Positions 59,701-64,000 of a DNA stretch of 64,000 bases are shown in pieces (the stretch's first letter is position 1; each line of letters starts with the position of its first letter). The DNA comes from Thraustochytrium aureum (Eukaryota), in contig BLSG01000235.1 of assembly GCA_012862495.1 (NCBI GenBank), positions 144,152-208,151 of the forward strand, written 5' to 3'. The translations under genes and the position numbers were made by a program. The notes beneath the pieces were generated by a model, which saw only the letters and a list, made by a program, of their open reading frames with translations, was not told where the DNA came from and searched no databases.

Positions 59701-62700
59701 TGCAGTGATCCTCTCGTGGCCGGTTCCATCGTAGACGAGCTGAAAGTCCCCCGCGGCCCACTCGTCCATCCACAGCTCGTAGCCGGTGACCGGCGAGCCG
59801 CCCGACTCGGTCGGGTGCTGCCAGGCCACAATGAGCGAGGAGGCCGTGGAACCGCGGAGGACCGGGGCCTTTGGGGTCCCGGGTCTCCCGTGCGCAGGTT
59901 GTGCAAACTTGGGGGAGGTCGCAGCAAACGCCCCGTAGGAGCAGCAACCCGGACAGGTCGACTGGCACGCTGTGCGAGCCGACACGCGGACAAAGTACGT
60001 CTCCTCCAGCGTGAGGTCCAAAATGTCGAAAACGTACGGGGCGCCGCTGGACAGATCCGTGATCTCGGCAGACCCGTAGCCTGCTGAGCCAGCCCCGCCG
60101 GTTCCTTTCTGCGTCTCGGTAATCTGAAACCTGGCTGGTTCGGTCGCATATCCGCCCGTCAAGCTGTCGCTCACGCCGATCAGCGGCTTTACGTCGCCGA
60201 TGTTGCAGACCGCGTTGCCCGAGCTCTGGCTGGCCCCGCAAGACGAGAACGTAATAGTCCAGGCCACGAACGCGCCCGAGAGGGCATCCTCGTGGCGCGA
60301 GACGAGAACCTTTCCGACTGCGTCTAGCTTCTCGAGCTCAGACTTGAGCCGCTCGGCCGAAGCAGTGGCAGGAATTTCTGCGGTCTGGTGGACCACGCCG
60401 AGGTGGTCCTCAAACTCGAGGCGAAAGGACCCTCCAAGGGGCTCAGAGCCGCTCTGCGTTGTGCTGGCTGTGACGGACGCGGTTTGACCCGCGCCAGTGG
60501 CAGACATGTACGAGTCGTCGACCTCCAGCTCTCCGAGGTCATACGACGCAAACGGGAACGCCCCTGGGTTGGAGAGGAACGTGATCGTCCATGAGAATGC
60601 GCGTCCCGGGGCCAGCGGGCCGGACCGGGCTACACGCACAGTGCCAACATTGGGCAGAGCCTCGAGAGCGGCTTTGACCGCAGAGTCTTCCGCATTGTAC
60701 TGGATCGGCTCAGTGGCGTGTCCGCGAAGCGAGAGCCGGAACGAGCCCTGTGCCGACCCGCCGCGAGCGCTCCCCGCTGCTGCGCAGTCGAGACTTTGCT
60801 GGTTCTCGTCCGTGCAAACCACGACGCGCGCTCCGTTGCCCCGAAGCGACAAAACGTTAGCAGCCTGGATGGCCGGCTGGTCACCGTCAAGGGCATCAGT
60901 GGCGAACGTGACCTGCCACTCTCGCATGCCCACGGTTTGCGTGACGGCGACACCGCCCGCACCGATCGAGGGAAGAGCGTTCAGGGCCCCCGCCACGGTG
61001 CTCGCGTCGGCGTCGACGCTTAGATCTGCGGTGACGTGGCCGCCAAACCCGAGCTTGAAAACGCCGGTGACGCCGGCCGCGCCATCCTGCGAAGTGGAGA
61101 TGGCAACAATCTTGTTGCCCTGGAGAGCCGCAACATCGGCGGTCAGCTCGGGCACATCTCCAGAATAGTTGGGGACAGCGTTGAATAGAATCTGCACCCG
61201 TTCGGGCGGCACCGCGCCAACCGCGTCGAAAGGCCGGCATGCTGTCGACTGCGGCACGCCCGTAGCAGTTGATACAGTGACTGTTACGTCGGTGACTGTG
61301 CCGAGATCTTCGAGTGCCTGCTCCACCTCGAGCATGGTGGCGTCGTGCGCAATCGGGCCGGTCGTCGCGCCGTCAAAGGTGAGGCGGAACCAGCCGCCAG
61401 TAGCATCGCACTCAAAGGTCTGTGTCTCAGAGGTTGAAGCCACCACGCCGGCTGGAAGCACTCGAATCACTTGGACCTCGTCGACATCACCGGAGACCGT
61501 CGTCGTGACGACTTGGGTCTCCTCGCGGAAAGGCACTGTGAGGGTGACAAGCTGAATCTCAGGGACAAGCTCGACCGTGTCCCACTCGACGCGAAACGAC
61601 TCGAGGGCGCCACCGCCAATTCGCGCGGGGGCGTCCATCGCAACTCGCAGCGTTGAGCCGTCGACCACAGTTAGCGTCGCCCCCTCCGGAGCAGAGGGGG
61701 GGAGGTGGTACGGCTCGAGTTGCGGCGGAGCCGACACCTGGTGCAGCCCCTCGCCACTGTCGTTGGTTGCGCTGACAGCAACGTAGTAGGCGACGCCCTG
61801 GTCGAGTCCTGCGATCTCGTACGAGAGCGAGGACATGTCGGTGACAATGGCCGAGTTGGCCACGTCAGCGAAAGCGGGCGCAGCGCCCTTGGTCAGCTCG
61901 GTGACCGCGCTAGTTGAGGCGGCCATGGTGCCAGTGAGGGCGCGCGCATCCAGCTCGAGAGCGGGGAGGTCGCCGTTTCCAGTAGGGCCCATTAGCTCGG
62001 TGAGGAAAGTCACAGACCATTCGTACCCACCGTTCTGGTCTGGGGCGCTGCGCGTGACGTCGACTTCGCCGACCGTGATCAGCGCCTGGATGGCGTCCTT
62101 AACTTGCTGCGCCGAGGCAGCCGCGCTGAGGTACCCCGTCCACTGACCCTCGTAGGAGAGAGCGAAATGTCCGTCAAGCGTTTCAGACGTCCCAGCTGTG
62201 ACGGTTGCGACCGCGACCGAGCCGTCCGACACCGAGCTCGATGCGACAAGAAGCATGCCCGTCAGGTTTCCAGCGTTTGAGTCGAAAGTGAGATGAAGCG
62301 TGCACGCGCCCGTTGGCACAGCCGTTGAAGTGACAGCCACGGAGAGCGGGCCGACGGTGGCCAGGCCTTCGAGCTGGGTCTCAACCTGCGAGGCCAGCTG
62401 ATCGCAGTCTCCTGCGTGGTTGGCCGTAATCGGGTCGGTCGTGGCGGCACCAAACGAGAGCTGGAATGCCCCAGCAATCGCTGTCCCGCCGCTTGCCGTC
62501 GTCGCGAGCTCAAACACGTGCTGGACCGTGCCCTTGTGCACCTCGGCAACAGAAACGGTTGCATCTGTGCCAGTGAGGCTGTGCGTGGCGACGTCGAACG
62601 CGCCAATATCGCCTGTCGCTGAAACAAAAGTGACCAACCACGTGCGCCCGAGGTTGCGGTCCGGCCCGGTCGCTAGGCGGACTTGCACGTCGCCAAGCGG

Positions 62701-63798
62701 AGCCAGCTTGCTCTTCAAGAGCTCTGCAGACGCGTCGAAAGGGATTCCTGTCGCGCGCTGTCCGCCAAGCTCGACCTCAAAGGTGCCCCCGATCTGGTTG
62801 CCTCGGACCGAAGAAACGCCATCGCAAGGCGGCGTCGAGCTACCCGCCGTGCAGACGGTGGCGCGAGCTCCAGCTCCGGTCAGAAGCGTGTCGTCGGCGA
62901 CCAGATCATCGAGCGCTCCGGCATTCTGGTCGGAGACAAAGGTGACAGTCCAGGCGAACCCGTTTTCGCCATCTGGCGCGCTCCTGACCACGTCGACGTT
63001 GCCAACGGTCGGGAGGGCCTCGAGGGCGCTCTTGACCTCGGCTTCGGTTGCGTCATAGTCGAGCGGGGCGGTTTCCGAGCCGCCGAAAGCGAGTGTAAAC
63101 CTGCCCCCGATCTCGTTGCCCTGGACCAGGGTTGCGGTCTGCACGATCGCGCCAGTGCCAATGAGCTCATTGGTGCCCTGGGTCATTTGCGGCAAGTCGC
63201 CGTCCATGTCGTCAAAGGTGATGGTCCACGTCAGGGCGCCGCCGGGGCCAGCGGTCCGCGTCACCGTCACCGTTCCATCGACGTTGGGCATTGCTTCAAG
63301 GATCTCCTGCATGGATGTGCGCGAGTTGCTGCTATCCGCGGCGGTCGCAACTGCGTTGTACATAATATATCCAGACGTGTGGATGCTACCGCCCTGCGCG
63401 GTCGTGTCCAGGGTCACGGTGAACCAGCCGCCGTCCACGGAGGGTGCACCAGACACTGCGATCGTTTGCACTTCGCGCACCTGCGTGGCAGTGGTGCGGA
63501 TCACCTGGACTTCATCGACGTGCGTGGCAGAGGTCGTGATGGCCTGCACCTCGTTCGGGCCCAAGAATACGTCTGTCTTGACAACCTGCACCTCGCGAGT
63601 GCCAGGCTCCGTGTCCCACTTGACCGTGTAGCTCGTCACCTCGCTCCCTCCGTCGCTGAGCGGCGGCGCCCACGACACGGCGAGCGCCTCGCCCGAGACT
63701 CGTTCGAGAGCAACGTCCGTGGGCCGCCCTGGCGCGGCCGCAGCGGCCACGGCCAGGACGGCCGCCACCACGACGAGCCACAGCGCCATCATCATCAT
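14726..63798 (-). CDS. Giant secreted multidomain protein (~16,000 aa): signal peptide, ~37 FN3, ~8 filamin-type Ig, 3 PA14, ~80 nested 'EVQ' modules and ~11 beta-rich insert modules
   Basis: ORFs 58087..63798, 56216..58363, 54717..56411, 53029..54645, 50657..53098, 48574..51804, 39914..48901, 32713..40374, 29655..33059 and 14726..29692 tile the minus strand. Coding sequence runs up to both edges of all seven gaps and several domains continue across them. Frame changes in sequenced DNA occur only at ~56427, ~53132, ~51540 and ~51433, each repaired by adding one base. There is a single signal peptide and a single terminal stop (...VQLEVRAT*). Confidence 0.85.
28228..28738 (-). repeat. Protein-level tandem array of 13 'E(V/I)Q' beta-strand motifs with ~13-aa period
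   Basis: HESQ, NEVQ, NEVQ, DEVQ, SEVQ, SEVQ, DEVQ, SEIQ, DEIQ, RRTQ, KAVQ, RKTQ, RAVQ, each followed by an alternating strand pattern. The array is diverged at DNA level. Confidence 0.9.
47730..57475 (-). other. Central block of ~8 filamin/ABP280-type Ig repeats with three PA14 domains (about 55120-55490, 51340-51785 and 47790-48205)
   Basis: Filamin motifs S.A.G.GL..ATAG...F.IQ.KDAFGN, DKGDGRYSVTY and IEGSPF. PA14 motifs GLLG.YF.N, RVD..(I/V)DF.W, DF.SARW.G, ARLW(I/V)D and H.(I/V)KLEFRE. Confidence 0.85.
63733..63798 (-). other. Signal peptide of the giant protein, beginning with four consecutive ATG codons
   Basis: (ATG)4 at 63787-63798 gives MMMMALWLVVVAAVLAVAAAAA, followed directly by the first FN3 (PGRPTDVALERVSGEALAVSW). 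Confidence 0.85.
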
Positions 63799-63885
63799 CC
63801 CCGCGCCTCAGTCCTCCTCCTCTTCCTCGTCTCTCGCCCGCCTTCTCCGCCTCCCTTGCGTTCGCGTCTGGCTGGCCGCCAAGCA

Positions 63886-63937
63886 CTGCCTGCCTGCCTG
63901 CCTGCCTGCCTCCCTGCCTGCCTGCCTGCCTGCCTCC
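63886..63937. repeat. (CCTG)n microsatellite about 90 bp upstream of the giant gene start
   Basis: ctgcctgcctgcctgcctgcctgcctccctgcctgcctgcctgcctgcctcc. Confidence 0.9.
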
Positions 63938-64000
63938 TGAGGCCCTCCTCCTCGCCCGACGTCCTCGGGGTCTGCTCGACCCTTTCTTTCCTTGCACCTG

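Noticed and set aside
14726..63798. Titin or twitchin ortholog
   Set aside because: It has a signal peptide and lacks I-set Ig, PEVK and kinase domains. Only generic FN3 motifs (DGG.P...Y.VE) are shared.
14462..63940. Numerous plus-strand and off-frame ORFs overlapping the giant gene, for example 14462..15757 and 47186..48589
   Set aside because: They are shadow ORFs of GC-rich coding DNA, rich in Arg/Ser/Pro or the antisense pattern, with no domain motifs.

Overview
GC-rich, intron-poor eukaryotic genomic DNA with 11 N-gaps. Gene content and style suggest a stramenopile, possibly a thraustochytrid or other labyrinthulomycete (inference only). The first ~14 kb holds seven compact genes: the 3' end of an AASDH-like PQQ beta-propeller gene, a HEAT-repeat protein, a PKDCC/VLK-like membrane-anchored (pseudo)kinase, a SUN-domain protein, a Det1-like histidine phosphatase, an EF-hand/ankyrin/FN3 protein and a hypothetical protein. 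The remaining ~49 kb (63798->14726, minus strand) reads as one apparently intronless gene for a secreted protein of about 16,000 aa, broken only by seven N-gaps and four single-base deletions. Its backbone is signal peptide, 5 FN3, ~8 filamin-type Ig repeats carrying 3 nested PA14 domains, then ~32 FN3. About 80 copies of an 'EVQ...GxFxL...ALE.L...W.VTF...G' module are inserted into backbone loops. These modules appear recursively nested: a run of N stacked first strands is followed by N strand-less bodies in last-in-first-out order, up to 13 deep. This predicts a branched, bottle-brush extracellular polypeptide. Domain counts are manual and approximate.
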